Under the pieces are notes generated by a model. It had not been told where the DNA came from, searched no databases, and saw only the letters and a list, made by a program, of their open reading frames with translations. 64,000 nucleotides of DNA from Candidatus Latescibacterota bacterium (lineage in GTDB: Bacteria > Latescibacterota > UBA2968 > GCA-2709665). Every line of letters begins with the position of its first letter. The stretch's first letter is position 1. Made by a program: the position numbers and the translations under genes. Shown here piece after piece: positions 50,384 to 61,559 of this stretch. Location: assembly GCA_965237675.1 (NCBI GenBank), contig OZ250150.1, forward strand, positions 2,368,001 to 2,432,000, read 5' to 3'.

Positions 50384-50742
50384 TTTCGTTGGCGACAGTT
50401 GCATGGGTTGTCGACGCGGGGGCTCCGGCGTTGTCCGGATGAAAAGCCCGTATATTCCGATCCTGAAAGAAATGCATATTCAGATCGGGATTTTTTGTGT
50501 GTGACGCCGGAGGTGGCACTGGATTCTTGCCATACGATGTTCATCCGGTTTTCTGGAACGGCTTCCGGCCTGACGTGGATGCTCGGATATGGACGGCTCA
50601 ATCCTTCCCGCAGTGGGGTTGGCTGGTGGGGTTGGGTCTATTATCTGTGTGGCATGGCCGAGATCGGTTCGCCGGGAATGGCCGCTTGTGTTCTGTCCCT
50701 GAAATAGATTGCCTGAATTCGGCCGATCAGAAGCAGCAAAAA

Positions 50743-50770
50743 CAGCTATCAGCTCTCAGCCGTCAGCTTG
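50743..50770. repeat. Heptamer tandem repeat (CAGCNNN x4)
   Basis: cagctat cagctct cagccgt cagcttg. Confidence 0.6.
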
Positions 50771-50851
50771 AACCAAAAACCCAATCAGTTGACATCAGCG
50801 CCGTGAAGAGACGAGACCAGAACGGGCGCAGCGAGACGGGATGAACCGGCG

Positions 50852-50887
50852 CCTGCCTGTGCGTGCTGCCTCACGCACGCAGACAGG
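50852..50887. repeat. CCTGCCTG-type palindrome, copy 3
   Basis: cctgcctg tgcgtg ctgcct cacgca cg cagacagg. Confidence 0.55.
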
Positions 50888-50935
50888 GATGAATGGTGAC
50901 AACTTTCTGGGACGGGACACTTGATGGAGGACAGG

Positions 50936-52195
50936 ATGAACCCTGAGTTCATGATTGCCCGCAGGCATATCCGGTCTCTGCGCGCACGGAAGCGGGTCTC
51001 GTTTGCCATATGGATCGCAGCGATCGGCGTGGCGCTGGGTGTATCATCGCTGGTGATCGTACTGTCCGTCATGAATGGATATATAAACATGATCCGCCAG
51101 CGTCTGTTGGGCGTGAACGCGCACATGACCGTGCGCAAGGCCTATCGCAAGCCGATAGCGGATTATGAGGCGATCATCAGCACGCTGGAAGATCACCCTG
51201 AAGTGCTTGCGGCGTCGCCATTTATCCACGCGGAGGGTTTCGTTTTCCGGAAGGTGGCCGGAGAGGGAGCGGTGAAGTCGGGTGTTCTGGTTCGGGGCGT
51301 GGACCCGGCGGGATTTCTCCGCACCAGCGACATCGGAACGTATCTTCAGGCAGGAACGATAGATCTCGGTCCACGGGAGAAACAGGGTTCGCGGGCGGTA
51401 CACGGAATCTTGCTCGGACAGGTCCTGGCGCAAAAGCTGGGTGCGGCGCCCGGGGCCGACGTGTTTATGGGTCTGGTTCCGAAGGATGTCCTCGGGGGTG
51501 GTGGACGCCGGTGGCAGCGTTACCGGGTAACCGGGGTCTTCAATACGGGATATTTCGAGTTCGATTCCAGGCTGGTCCTTATTTCTCTCGAGTCCGCAAG
51601 ACGAGATCTGGGTTGGCAGGACGTCGTAACGGGTATTCGTCTGCGATTGGTGGATCCGATGGCAGCCGAACGGCTCGGCGAGACGTTGCGTCAGACTCTG
51701 CGTGAAACGTATCCCGGTCTGTTTGCCTCTTCGTGGGCGCGGAACTTCGGGAATTTCTACGCATTGATCCAACTGCAGAAGTGGGCCTTTTTTCTGATCC
51801 TCAGTCTCATTGTCGTGGTGGCCGGATTCAACATAATCAGCATCTTAACGATGAACGTGACCGATCGTCGCCGTGAGATCGGAATTCTGAAGGCGATGGG
51901 AATGATCCCCGCACGGATTGGACGGATCTTTACCCTGGAGGGGCTGGTCGTGGGCCTCTCCGGTGTCGCGATGGGCAATCTGCTGGGGTTTACGCTTTGT
52001 TGGATTCAGAAACGGTTCGAAGTGATTCGCATACCGGGGGAGGTCTACTACGTCAGTTCGTTGCCGGTGGAGATGCGTCCGGAGGATTTCGGCCTGGTCT
52101 CCCTGTGCGCGGTTCTCATCTGTTACCTCTTCAGCCTCTTTCCATCTCGGGATGCCGCGGCACTGGATCCGGTGGATGCGATCCGGTATGAGTGA
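50936..52195 (+). CDS. LolC/E family ABC permease
   Basis: GVALGV..L.IVLSVMNG; VAGFNI; REIGILKAMG; LDPVDAIRYE. Confidence 0.9.
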   Translation: MNPEFMIARRHIRSLRARKRVSFAIWIAAIGVALGVSSLVIVLSVMNGYINMIRQRLLGVNAHMTVRKAYRKPIADYEAIISTLEDHPEVLAASPFIHAEGFVFRKVAGEGAVKSGVLVRGVDPAGFLRTSDIGTYLQAGTIDLGPREKQGSRAVHGILLGQVLAQKLGAAPGADVFMGLVPKDVLGGGGRRWQRYRVTGVFNTGYFEFDSRLVLISLESARRDLGWQDVVTGIRLRLVDPMAAERLGETLRQTLRETYPGLFASSWARNFGNFYALIQLQKWAFFLILSLIVVVAGFNIISILTMNVTDRRREIGILKAMGMIPARIGRIFTLEGLVVGLSGVAMGNLLGFTLCWIQKRFEVIRIPGEVYYVSSLPVEMRPEDFGLVSLCAVLICYLFSLFPSRDAAALDPVDAIRYE

Positions 52196-52287
52196 TCATT
52201 CCCGCGTGGCGGCGCTCTGACGCAGGGCGCCGATGGACGAGACCGTGATTCCTGACGATGTCTGCCGGGCCGGGCGGGAGACGGGCG

Positions 52288-53538
52288 ATGTATGAATTGT
52301 TGATTGCGCGACGGTACCTGCGGTCGATGCGCCGCCGGAAACGGGTGTCGTTCACGGTGTTGGTGGCGGTTTTGGGCGTCGGTCTGGGTGTGGCGGCGCT
52401 GGTGATCGTGTTGTCGGTATCGAACGGATTTTCCGCGTTGGTGTGGGAGCGCTTGCTAGGCGTGAACGCGCATGCCACGGTGAGGAAGGATCGGGGCGAG
52501 CGGATCGAGGATCCGCAGGCGCTCCTGACTGCCCTGGCGGCCCAGCCCCACGTTGTCGCCGTTTCGCCGTTTGTGGCTTCTGAAGGCGCCGTGTTGCACC
52601 GTTCCTTTGAAGACGAGGTGTATAGCGCCGGCGTGATGGTGAGGGGCGTGACGCCCGACGGATTGAAGGCGGTCAGCGACCTGGCGGACTATATCTGGGG
52701 AGGCGCTCTGGATCTTGGCCCCCAGGAAACGGAAGGCCGCGGGAGAGTGTACGGAATCGTGATCGGGCGCTATCTGGCCGATCAACTGGGCGCGCGGGTG
52801 GGGTCGGAAGTGCATCTGTGGATCTTGCCTGATGAGATCTTCGCCGCACAGACGCGGTTTCGGCGATACACAGTCACGGGCATCTTCAGTACGGGTAACC
52901 CGGAGTTCGATAGCGGCCTGGCCTATGTTTCGCTTACGGCGGCGCAGAGAGACCTGGGTTGGGAGCCGAAAATTACCGGTGTCCGGCTCCGGTTGAGAGA
53001 CGCCTTTAATGCGCAGGAGTTGAGTGGACTCGTCGAGAAGGAGGCCAGGCGGCTGGATCCCGCGCTCTCCGTGCATCCCTGGATGCGGGACCACGGCAAC
53101 CTGTACTTTTCGATTCATCTGGAAAAGTGGGCGAGTTTTCTGGGCCTGGGCTTAATTGTGGTGGTCGCGGGGTTCAACATCGTCAGCGTGCTTACCATGA
53201 ACGTGGCGGAAAAGCGCAGGGAGATTGGCATACTGAAGACCCTGGGGGTGCCGCCGCGGAGCATCGGCCGGATTTTTACATGGCAGGGGCTGGCGGTGGG
53301 GCTCTCCGGCGTGTTGATGGGAAATATTCTGGGGTTTGCCCTGTGCTGGACGCAGCAGCGGTACGAACTCCTGAGAATCCCGGGGGATGTGTTGATCACC
53401 CAGACACTGCCCGTGGAGATGCAGGTGTCGGATTTTCTGTTGATCTCGGCTTCCGCGTCGTTGATCTGTTACCTGTTTACGCTGTTCCCGGCTCGAGATG
53501 CCGCGGCGCTGGATCCGGTTGAGGCGATCAGGATGTAG
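52288..53538 (+). CDS. LolC/E family ABC permease (tandem paralogue)
   Basis: Same motifs as the upstream gene. Confidence 0.9.
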   Translation: MYELLIARRYLRSMRRRKRVSFTVLVAVLGVGLGVAALVIVLSVSNGFSALVWERLLGVNAHATVRKDRGERIEDPQALLTALAAQPHVVAVSPFVASEGAVLHRSFEDEVYSAGVMVRGVTPDGLKAVSDLADYIWGGALDLGPQETEGRGRVYGIVIGRYLADQLGARVGSEVHLWILPDEIFAAQTRFRRYTVTGIFSTGNPEFDSGLAYVSLTAAQRDLGWEPKITGVRLRLRDAFNAQELSGLVEKEARRLDPALSVHPWMRDHGNLYFSIHLEKWASFLGLGLIVVVAGFNIVSVLTMNVAEKRREIGILKTLGVPPRSIGRIFTWQGLAVGLSGVLMGNILGFALCWTQQRYELLRIPGDVLITQTLPVEMQVSDFLLISASASLICYLFTLFPARDAAALDPVEAIRM

Positions 53539-53895
53539 TGCCGGTCCGGTGTACCATTGTGGTGTTATTCCGGCAGGGCGAATCGCGTTGGTGAGTACGG
53601 GGTAAGTGGACGTCGGTGTCGCCCGGCCTTCCGCTCCCGACGGTGCCTCTCGCTCCATCGGCGGTTTCCGGTTGTGGTGAGGGAGACCTTCCGTCGCCGG
53701 AGCGAAACTGGAACCTGAAAGGGCGCAATGGACCTCGATCCTTTCAAATCGTATCCACCCGGCGACCCCAGGCGGCCTCCTTCGAGGATTTTCCTGGTTC
53801 TTCTGGCGGTAGGGATTGCGATTGTGGTTACGTTGTTTGCCGGTCTCATTGTCTATCTGCGTGACGTCTGGACCGCACGACCGCTGGGTTAGGCG

Positions 53896-53997
53896 TGTCG
53901 AAACGAGCTTGTCGAAATGCCCGCGTTGCGCTACCCTGGGCCCGTTGCCGACCCTTCGACAGGCTCAGGGACCGCAGGCGCAGGGAGCGGCTCAGGG
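53896..53997 (-). repeat. ~100-bp dispersed repeat, copy 2
   Basis: Reverse complement matches 17015-17109. Confidence 0.8.
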
Positions 53998-54066
53998 CAG
54001 GGCTTAGCGGCGATAAGCTATGGGAACGGCTTCGTGTCCTGATCCGTACACCAGATTGAACACAGA

Positions 54067-54092
54067 AAGGCCCGGACGTCGGTCCGGGCCTT
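54067..54092. terminator. Hairpin terminator between convergent genes
   Basis: aaggcccggac-gtcg-gtccgggcctt. Confidence 0.65.
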
Positions 54093-54119
54093 CGCTTTTC
54101 TCCCATCTGGGAATTCCGT

Positions 54120-54857
54120 TCAGTACGTGGCGCGGCCGCCGCTGACGTCATAACACTGCCCGGTTGTAAAGGTGGATTCGTCGGAGGCAAGGAAGTGTAC
54201 GAGTGCGGCGACCTCGTCGGGTTTGCCGAGGCGGCCCATCGGTATTTTGGATGTCAGAAAGGCGGCCCGTTCCGGATCCAGGCTCAGGGTCATCCCGGTT
54301 TCGATAAGTGCGGGCGCAACGCAATTGACACGGATGTTGTGGTCGAGCACCTCCCTGGCCAGGGCCTTGGTAAAACAGATCACGCCGGCTTTGGAGACCG
54401 AGTATGCCGCCATGTTGGCGTTTCCTTCTTTGCCCGAGATAGAGGCGACGGATACGATTGCGCCCCGGTTGCGATCCATCATGTGGCCGATGACCGCGCG
54501 CGAGCACAGAAAGACGCCCTTGAGGTTGGTATTCATCACACGATCCCAATCCGTCTCGGCCAGGTCCCGTACCGGAGCCTCCCGACCCACAATGCCGGCG
54601 TTGTTGACAAGGATATCGAGCTGACCCAGGCGTTCCAGCACGGTGTTCACCATGCGCGCGACGTCCGCGCTCCTCGAGACATCCGCCTTCAGGGCCAGGG
54701 CGACGCTGGAAGGTCCGGCGTTTTCCGTGTCGATGTCCGCGATGGCGACCGTCGCCCCGGCATTCGCCAGCCGTTCCGCTATGGCAGATCCGATGCCCCG
54801 GGCGGCGCCGGTGACGAGGGCAACGCGGCCGGTAAGATCCATAAACGTCTGTGGCAT
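54120..54857 (-). CDS. SDR family oxidoreductase (FabG-like)
   Basis: TGAARGIG, NNAG, YSVSK. Confidence 0.92.
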   Translation of the reverse strand: MPQTFMDLTGRVALVTGAARGIGSAIAERLANAGATVAIADIDTENAGPSSVALALKADVSRSADVARMVNTVLERLGQLDILVNNAGIVGREAPVRDLAETDWDRVMNTNLKGVFLCSRAVIGHMMDRNRGAIVSVASISGKEGNANMAAYSVSKAGVICFTKALAREVLDHNIRVNCVAPALIETGMTLSLDPERAAFLTSKIPMGRLGKPDEVAALVHFLASDESTFTTGQCYDVSGGRATY

Positions 54858-54938
54858 GGTGGTTCTCTCAATAAGGGATTTAATGAGTCGCCGATGGTAT
54901 CCGGAGGATTCATGCCGCTTGCATGGCGGCCGTTTCTC

Positions 54939-56027
54939 TCAAAACAGTTCCGTCCGGTCCAGGTATTCAATGAGTTTCCGGTTCGCCCTGGAGAAGGCAT
55001 AGTCTCCGAGACCGTCCGGTGCAACCCACCTCACGTCCGAACAGTTGCGTGCACGGGCTTTGCCGCTTTTGTATTCGCATTGAAAGGCGTGCATGGTGAC
55101 GCTGAAGTGGGTGAACGCGTGTCTGACGGTTCTGAACCGGTTCCGAACGGTCGCGTCGACACAGGTTGCCTCGCGTACGGCGCGAATACACGTGTCGCGT
55201 AAGGACTCGCCTTCCGACTGTCGGGCTGCGGGGAATTCCCAGAGCCCGCCAAGGAGGCCCTCGTCCGGCCGGCGAACGACGAGGACCCTGTTGTTTTGGA
55301 ATACGATGCCCACGCCCAGAATGTGGTGTGGACGCGGTTTCTTCGGGGCTTTGACCGGGAGCGTTTCCGCGGTGCCGGTTTTAAACGCGGCACAGTGAAT
55401 CCTGACCGGACAGGATCCGCAGTGGGGCGCTCGCGGGCGGCAGACGATGGCGCCCAGTTCCATAATCGCCTGGTTGTACTCGCCGGCGTCGCCGCTGTGC
55501 AACAGGTTGTCGGCCAGTTTCTGGAGGTGCGCTCTGGTGCGGGTCTGCGCGACGTCGTCTTGAATATGGAAAAGGCGGCAGAGAACGCGAATGACGTTGC
55601 CGTCCAGTACGGCGTAGTCCCGGTCGTAGGCAATACTAAGGACGGCGGCCGTGGTGTACGGGCCGAAGCCGGGCAGGGAGGAGAGATCATCATAGACATC
55701 GGGCACGACGCCGCTGAATCGGTCCACGATGTACTGGGCCGTTCTGTGCAGATTTCGCGCGCGGGTATAGTATCCGAGGCCTTCCCAGGCCTTGAGAACG
55801 CGGTCCGGCGGCGTTCGGGCGAGGTCCTGCACAGTGGGGAAATCTTCCAGGAAACGCCGATAATATGGAATGACGGTTTCGACCTGTGTCTGTTGCAGCA
55901 TGAATTCGGAGAGCATGACGTGGTACGGATCGGAGGTCTCGCGCCAGGGCAGATCCCGTTTCTCGCGTCGGTACCACGCAAGCAGGCGTCGCTTGATTGT
56001 GGTGCGGTTTTCCGGGGTGGTATTCAT
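54939..56027 (-). CDS. mutY: A/G-specific adenine glycosylase
   Basis: RDLPWR, SEFMLQQT, WEGLGYY, LPGFGPYT, 4Fe-4S Cys motif, GLWEFP. Confidence 0.95.
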   Translation of the reverse strand: MNTTPENRTTIKRRLLAWYRREKRDLPWRETSDPYHVMLSEFMLQQTQVETVIPYYRRFLEDFPTVQDLARTPPDRVLKAWEGLGYYTRARNLHRTAQYIVDRFSGVVPDVYDDLSSLPGFGPYTTAAVLSIAYDRDYAVLDGNVIRVLCRLFHIQDDVAQTRTRAHLQKLADNLLHSGDAGEYNQAIMELGAIVCRPRAPHCGSCPVRIHCAAFKTGTAETLPVKAPKKPRPHHILGVGIVFQNNRVLVVRRPDEGLLGGLWEFPAARQSEGESLRDTCIRAVREATCVDATVRNRFRTVRHAFTHFSVTMHAFQCEYKSGKARARNCSDVRWVAPDGLGDYAFSRANRKLIEYLDRTELF

Positions 56028-56074
56028 GGACCTGTGTGGTAGCCGTCGATTCACGTGGCGGGGGAAGGGACGCC

Positions 56075-56368
56075 TTACCGTGATTTATCTTTTTTTCTTG
56101 CAATGTCACTGGCGTGCCCGGTGACAACATCCGGCGGGCTGCTTCTGATCAGTTGTTGGAGCGCCAGAAGCAGGAGCAGGATGTCTTCGCCATAACCCAG
56201 GTGGGGGAACAACGCCTCCGGCAACAGATCCACGGGAGATATCCCGTACAGAATGATGACGCAGACCAGCATTTTGCTGTACCAGGGCACACGCGGGTCC
56301 TTCATCAGGCGCCAGGAGAGCCGGATATATTGAGGCAGGCGAAAAAGAATGGAGAAGATGCCGCGCAT
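56075..56368 (-). CDS. YkvA/DUF1232 family membrane protein
   Basis: DPRVPW..K, Y.ISPVDLLPE...LGY.ED. Confidence 0.85.
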   Translation of the reverse strand: MRGIFSILFRLPQYIRLSWRLMKDPRVPWYSKMLVCVIILYGISPVDLLPEALFPHLGYGEDILLLLLALQQLIRSSPPDVVTGHASDIARKKDKSR

Positions 56369-56393
56369 GGCAGTATCGAGCGGGGACAGAACA

Positions 56394-57386
56394 CTAACTC
56401 CTGCCCAGAAAAGATCTGACCCTCGGTTGGTCGAGCACGTCCGGATTGATGATGTTCGCTGGTTCCCGGCCCTCGATGGCGTCGGTGAGTTGACCGAAGG
56501 TCCTGTGGTCCAGGCGTATTGCCGAAGCGTCGGTCATACCGGCGTTGTGGTTGGTACAGATGATGCGTGGGTGTCCCTTGTGGATGGCTCTGGGGCCGTC
56601 CACCGGGTCGTCTACCACATAGTACCAGAGGCGGTTTTCGACAATGGCGCGGTTGACGGCCTTGTCGTCTACGAGGGTTCCGCGGGAGGGGTTGATAAGG
56701 GAGGCATGGGGCTGCATGGCGCACAGGAGTTCGTACGTGACGATGGTGTCGGCTCCGGACACGTGCAGGGAGACAGTGTCGCACTCCCTGAAGAGGTCCA
56801 TGGGTTCGCCGACCGGCTCCGCACCGAATCGGGACGCCAGTTCGGCAATGTCCGGCCGGACGTCATATACGAGCAGCCGCCCTCTGTTACCCAGGAGGGG
56901 AATCGCGCGTTCGGCTACGGCCTGCCCGATGCGGCCGAATCCGTAAAGCCCAAGCGTGGTTTCAGCGGCCTCGTAGGTTCTGATGAGAGAGAAGTCGCCG
57001 CTGTGGGAGAGTTGGTTCAGGGTGTAGACCCGTTTGAGCGTTGCCATCCACTGGGCAATGGAATATTCGGCCACCGTGACCATGTGTTCCGGGGCAATGG
57101 TGACGATCACGCCGTGTCGTGTAGCCACCTCCAGGTTGACTTTTTCGTAACCCACACCCCACCGGGATATGATACGCAGGTCGGTCGCGGCTTCGTAGAA
57201 GCTCTCGTGAATAAGCGCGGAACTTGCAAGGACGCCAACCACGCCATTCGCTTCATTTCCGGTGAGTTCACCCGTATAGTAGTCCACACCGGCAAGGCTG
57301 GCCAGGCCCTCCAGGCCTTTCTGGCGGCTCTCTGAGTCGAATTCGGGGTTCTGCATGTTGGCTGACAGCAGGAATCTTCGTGACAT
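56394..57386 (-). CDS. D-isomer-specific 2-hydroxyacid dehydrogenase
   Basis: GVGYE, VAE, GFGRIG, IN.SRG, H.AG; GAGGAG RBS before ATG 57386. Confidence 0.88.
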   Translation of the reverse strand: MSRRFLLSANMQNPEFDSESRQKGLEGLASLAGVDYYTGELTGNEANGVVGVLASSALIHESFYEAATDLRIISRWGVGYEKVNLEVATRHGVIVTIAPEHMVTVAEYSIAQWMATLKRVYTLNQLSHSGDFSLIRTYEAAETTLGLYGFGRIGQAVAERAIPLLGNRGRLLVYDVRPDIAELASRFGAEPVGEPMDLFRECDTVSLHVSGADTIVTYELLCAMQPHASLINPSRGTLVDDKAVNRAIVENRLWYYVVDDPVDGPRAIHKGHPRIICTNHNAGMTDASAIRLDHRTFGQLTDAIEGREPANIINPDVLDQPRVRSFLGRS

Positions 57387-57487
57387 GCAACTCCTCGGTA
57401 AGTGAAGTGACGTGGCGGCAGCGTGATCGAATCCTAGGCCGGGTCGAAGCTGGCATTGACATACCGCGAATTCCGGAACTGGACCCG

Positions 57488-59146
57488 TCAGGCTTCCGAC
57501 CGGTTCACGATTTCCTGCACCATTTCGCGCAGGGCGCTGCGTTGAACCTTTCCCGTGGACGTCATCGGCAGGCGGTCGGGGTTGAATGGAATGGTTTTGC
57601 AAGGCGCTTCATAGGGGCTGAGGTTCGCCACGTTCCCGCCCCGTCCCGCGCTCAGGATCCGCCCGGCGGCTTCCGCCTGCATTTCGGGCGGCAGGCCGTT
57701 GCGGAAAACGAGCGCGGCGCAGACGTCCTGCCCCCAGCGTTCGTCCTCAAGGCCGGTAACGTAGACAGCGGCAAGCTCTGGAAAGGCCTCCACGAGGGCG
57801 TTCTCAACGGCAATCGGCGAGATGTTGACGCCGCCCTTGATGACGATTTCTTTTTTTCGGCTGTGAACGAAGTAGTATTCGCGGCTGCCAATGTCGCGCC
57901 GGAATCCGATATCGCCGGTGTGGAACCAGCCGTCCTTGAAGACCTCGCCGGTGGCGGACGGCTGGTTGACGTAACCGCCCGATACGACCGGGCCGCGAAC
58001 CAGAATTTCGCCGAGTTCCCCCGGCGGTGGATCGCCTTCGAGGCGGATGTTGTTGTTGTCCAGTTCCACGCCCGCGGCGTTCTGCAGGAGAACCTCACGA
58101 TATTCGTCTTCGGACAGGTCGGGAGGGACGCCGGTGACACGCAGGCTGACTTCGGTGGTGCCGTAGCCCTGGATCAGGCGCACGCCGAATCGATCGTGGA
58201 ACCGCACGGCCGGGCCGGCGGGAACGGGCGCGCTGCCGATCATTATCTTCTTCAGCTCGGAGATGTCGTGCCCGGCCGCGTCGAACGCGTCGGCGTTGGC
58301 AAGCAGGTCCTGCATGATCGTGGGAACGATGCTGCTGGATGTGACTTTCTCTTCTGCAATGACGGGCCAGAAATTGGAAGCGCTGTAACGGGAATTGAGG
58401 ATGAGCGTGCCGCCGACCATAAAAAGGGCGATCGAGAAAACCGTTGAATTGACGTGATGAAGCGGCAGGACCAGGCTGAGCCGTTCGCGTTCGTCGAAAT
58501 GCAGCCAGCGAAGAATGCCATCCGCATTGCTCGCGATGCTCTGTCGTGTGAGTAAAACACCCTTGGGCTTGCCGGTTGTTCCGGATGTATACAGGACGAT
58601 CCCCGTGGCCTTTTCCGCCACGGGGTCGCCGCTCCATTCCGGTTCCAGGTCCGCCGTTTGAAGAACGTCGCCTGTAAAAAGGTTATCCGTGTCCGCGACC
58701 GGGATCTCACCGGCGATTTTTCTTTCGGATTCCAGGTGATCGGGAAGGACGCACAGCAATTTGACTCGGGAGTCTCCGAGCTTGTACCGTTTTCGTTCCG
58801 GCCCGTCGCGCTTGAGGTCCAGGGGGACGGCGGTTGCTCCAAGACGGAAGAGGGCCTGGGAGATCAGAAGTATTTCGGGACAATTGGGCATGGCAAGGGA
58901 CACCCGGTCTCCCGGCCCGATGCCGTAATGGCCGTGAAGTCGGCGGGCCAGCGCGGCGGTCCGCAGGTTCAGATCGGCGTAGGTGACAACGGACCGTTTA
59001 CCCCGGTCCGGGTCGCGGTATATGATGGCTTCGTGATCACCCCGACTGGCTGCCCGGTCCTGGAGCAGGTGCCTGAAGTTCCGCCAGGGAAAGCGATAGA
59101 CGTGGCGGCGTCCGTTCTTCGTGCATGTGAAAATCTGTGGATCCAT
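57488..59146 (-). CDS. AMP-binding acyl-CoA ligase (MenE-like)
   Basis: YTSGTTGKPKG, QGYGTTE, WFHTGD, GGVNISP, TGKVQR. Confidence 0.9.
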   Translation of the reverse strand: MDPQIFTCTKNGRRHVYRFPWRNFRHLLQDRAASRGDHEAIIYRDPDRGKRSVVTYADLNLRTAALARRLHGHYGIGPGDRVSLAMPNCPEILLISQALFRLGATAVPLDLKRDGPERKRYKLGDSRVKLLCVLPDHLESERKIAGEIPVADTDNLFTGDVLQTADLEPEWSGDPVAEKATGIVLYTSGTTGKPKGVLLTRQSIASNADGILRWLHFDERERLSLVLPLHHVNSTVFSIALFMVGGTLILNSRYSASNFWPVIAEEKVTSSSIVPTIMQDLLANADAFDAAGHDISELKKIMIGSAPVPAGPAVRFHDRFGVRLIQGYGTTEVSLRVTGVPPDLSEDEYREVLLQNAAGVELDNNNIRLEGDPPPGELGEILVRGPVVSGGYVNQPSATGEVFKDGWFHTGDIGFRRDIGSREYYFVHSRKKEIVIKGGVNISPIAVENALVEAFPELAAVYVTGLEDERWGQDVCAALVFRNGLPPEMQAEAAGRILSAGRGGNVANLSPYEAPCKTIPFNPDRLPMTSTGKVQRSALREMVQEIVNRSEA

Positions 59147-59209
59147 AGAGAAAAAACGTCGGGCCCGCGGCAGCGGATGGGGCGCCGGGAACCCCGATCC
59201 CGGCCCCCC

Positions 59210-60289
59210 TTATTCACATCGGGCTTTGTGCAGGAGATGGTGGTCGGCCAGGACGAGCGCAATCATGGCTTCGACTATCGGCACGGCACGAGGCAGCACG
59301 CAGGGATCGTGGCGGCCGCGGCCCGATAAGGTGGCCGCGTTACCGTGAATATCCACAGTTTCCTGCGCTTTGAGAATGGTTGCCGTCGGTTTGAATGCGG
59401 CGCGGACGATGATGTTCTCGCCATTCGAGATACCGCCCTGGATACCGCCGGAGTGGTTGGTGCGTGTACGGATCCTGTCTCCGTCGTTGAAGAAGGGATC
59501 GTTGTGGCTGGAACCGGTGAGCATTGTGCCGCCAAAACCGGATCCGATTTCAAATCCCTTACAGGCCGGCAGAGAAAGGATGGCCTTGCCCAGGTCGGCT
59601 TCCAGCTTGTCGAATACGGGTTCTCCCAGGCCCGGCGGCACGCTGCGGGCAACGGCTTCCACGACGCCTCCGAGAGAGTCTCCTTCTTTGCGGGCCTGTT
59701 CGATCTGTTCGATCATTTGATCCGCGATATCGGAATCGGGACAGCGCACAATATTGGATTCGATCTGATCCCGGGTGACGGCATCCGGATCCACGCCGGC
59801 CGTTAAGTCGCGTACGCGTTTGACAAAGGCCAGAATCTCCACGCCATGCGCCCGGTGGAGGATTTTGCGCGCGATCGCTCCGGCCGCCACGCGCCCTATG
59901 GTCTCGCGAGCGCTGGCCCGTCCGCCGCCTTTCCAGTCGCGGATACCGTATTTCGCCTGATAGGTGTAGTCGGCGTGCGACGGACGGTATTTTACACGCA
60001 TTTCCTCGTAGTCTTTGGATCTTGCATCACTGTTCCGGACCAGCAGCGAGATGGGCGTGCCCAGGGTCTTGCCTTCGAAGACACCGGATAGAATTTCGAC
60101 GCGGTCTTCCTCTCTGCGCTGGGTGGTGATTTTGCTCTGGCCGGGTCTGCGGCGGTCCAGTTCGGTCTGAATCTCCCGGGACGTGATTGCGAGACCGGGT
60201 GGGCAGCCGTCAATAACGACGCCCACGCCGCCGCCGTGGGATTCGCCCCAGGTGGTGATGCGGAAGAGGTGCCCGAAGATACTGCCCAT
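59210..60289 (-). CDS. aroC: Chorismate synthase
   Basis: GESHG, RPSHAD, RASARET, GGISNG, GRHDPC. Confidence 0.98.
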   Translation of the reverse strand: MGSIFGHLFRITTWGESHGGGVGVVIDGCPPGLAITSREIQTELDRRRPGQSKITTQRREEDRVEILSGVFEGKTLGTPISLLVRNSDARSKDYEEMRVKYRPSHADYTYQAKYGIRDWKGGGRASARETIGRVAAGAIARKILHRAHGVEILAFVKRVRDLTAGVDPDAVTRDQIESNIVRCPDSDIADQMIEQIEQARKEGDSLGGVVEAVARSVPPGLGEPVFDKLEADLGKAILSLPACKGFEIGSGFGGTMLTGSSHNDPFFNDGDRIRTRTNHSGGIQGGISNGENIIVRAAFKPTATILKAQETVDIHGNAATLSGRGRHDPCVLPRAVPIVEAMIALVLADHHLLHKARCE

Positions 60290-60527
60290 GCGCCGTTCGC
60301 TCCATGCTTTAAGCGGCTGGATCTTCCGTTCGTGAAGCCGTCGTCTTACCTCGCCGGAAACGGCCTCAATTTACCGAATCCCCGCATGTGGGTCAAGCAA
60401 AAGTCTGCACGTGGAAGTGCCGCTTTCCCGGCGGCCAGCCGTGATGAACGCCCCTGATCCGCGATATCTTGACAGAGTCGGGATGCGGGCCTATCTTGTG
60501 CTCGCCCATTTTTGACCGGAGGTTCGC

Positions 60528-61310
60528 ATGGCGGATAACTACTCAGGTATTCTCGAAGAAATGACCATCGACCAGGTTCGGGGGTTGAAGCCGGACGTTG
60601 CCGTGATTCCGATCGGGTCAACGGAACCGCACGGCCCGGCGCTGCCCTATGGAACCGATAGCTATCGGGCCGAGGCGATCGCTTACGGCGCCACCCGGAA
60701 GGCGAACAGCCAGGGAGGCCGCGTTGTGTGTCTTCCCACCGTGCGCGTCAGCCTGAACAACAATTTTCGCGCCTTTCCGTTCGCTTGCCGCATGCAGGTG
60801 TCGACGTTTATGGCGATGTTGAAGGACCTGGTGAAGATGTGTGAGGCGGATGGCATCGAGAAGGTGGTATTCGTCAATGCCCACGGAGGCAATCCGGACG
60901 TGATTCGGGCGGCGATGCGCGACCTGGCTGCCGAGGACGGCGCATTCGTCTGCCTCATCCAGGCATCTTCCTGCGCGTCGTTGGAGGCGCGGCAGGTTTG
61001 CGAGAAACCAAGCGACCACGCGGGCGAGGAGGAGACGTCTCAAATGCTCTACTTGCGCCCCGACCTCGTCCATTCGGAAAAGATCGGCGACAATCCGCGC
61101 ATGCAGCCCGCGCTGGAGGTCCTGACGGAGTTTCACGTGGATTTCGTGAGACCCTGGCATCTTTACATGCCGGAATCCGCCGGGGGAGACGCAAGCCGGG
61201 CTTCCCGGGAAAAGGGGAAGATTGTTATCGATTCAAGCATCGACGGCACGGGCAGGTTTCTGGCCGAACTGTCCAGGGCCGACAGGAATCGAGATTTTCC
61301 TTATCCGTAA
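60528..61310 (+). CDS. Creatininase family amidohydrolase
   Basis: PIGSTEPHGP.LP.GTD, NAHGGN, HAGEEET. Confidence 0.9.
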   Translation: MADNYSGILEEMTIDQVRGLKPDVAVIPIGSTEPHGPALPYGTDSYRAEAIAYGATRKANSQGGRVVCLPTVRVSLNNNFRAFPFACRMQVSTFMAMLKDLVKMCEADGIEKVVFVNAHGGNPDVIRAAMRDLAAEDGAFVCLIQASSCASLEARQVCEKPSDHAGEEETSQMLYLRPDLVHSEKIGDNPRMQPALEVLTEFHVDFVRPWHLYMPESAGGDASRASREKGKIVIDSSIDGTGRFLAELSRADRNRDFPYP

Positions 61311-61559
61311 AGACGGGGCATTCTGTCCTGGTCTGTCCACGACGGGCGCCGTACCCGGGACGGTATTTTTCACACGGTCAACACTCGTGTCCCGTCCCAG
61401 AAATATGTTACCATTCATCCACCGATTCATCCCGTCTCGCTGCGTTGCCCTCGCTCGCCGACCTTGCCCAGGTCGCCTCGCTCAGGCGCCTTGCCAGCCG
61501 GGCGACTCGGCGGCCGAATTTTGGCAATCTATTTCCGCGACAGAACACCGGAGGAGATT

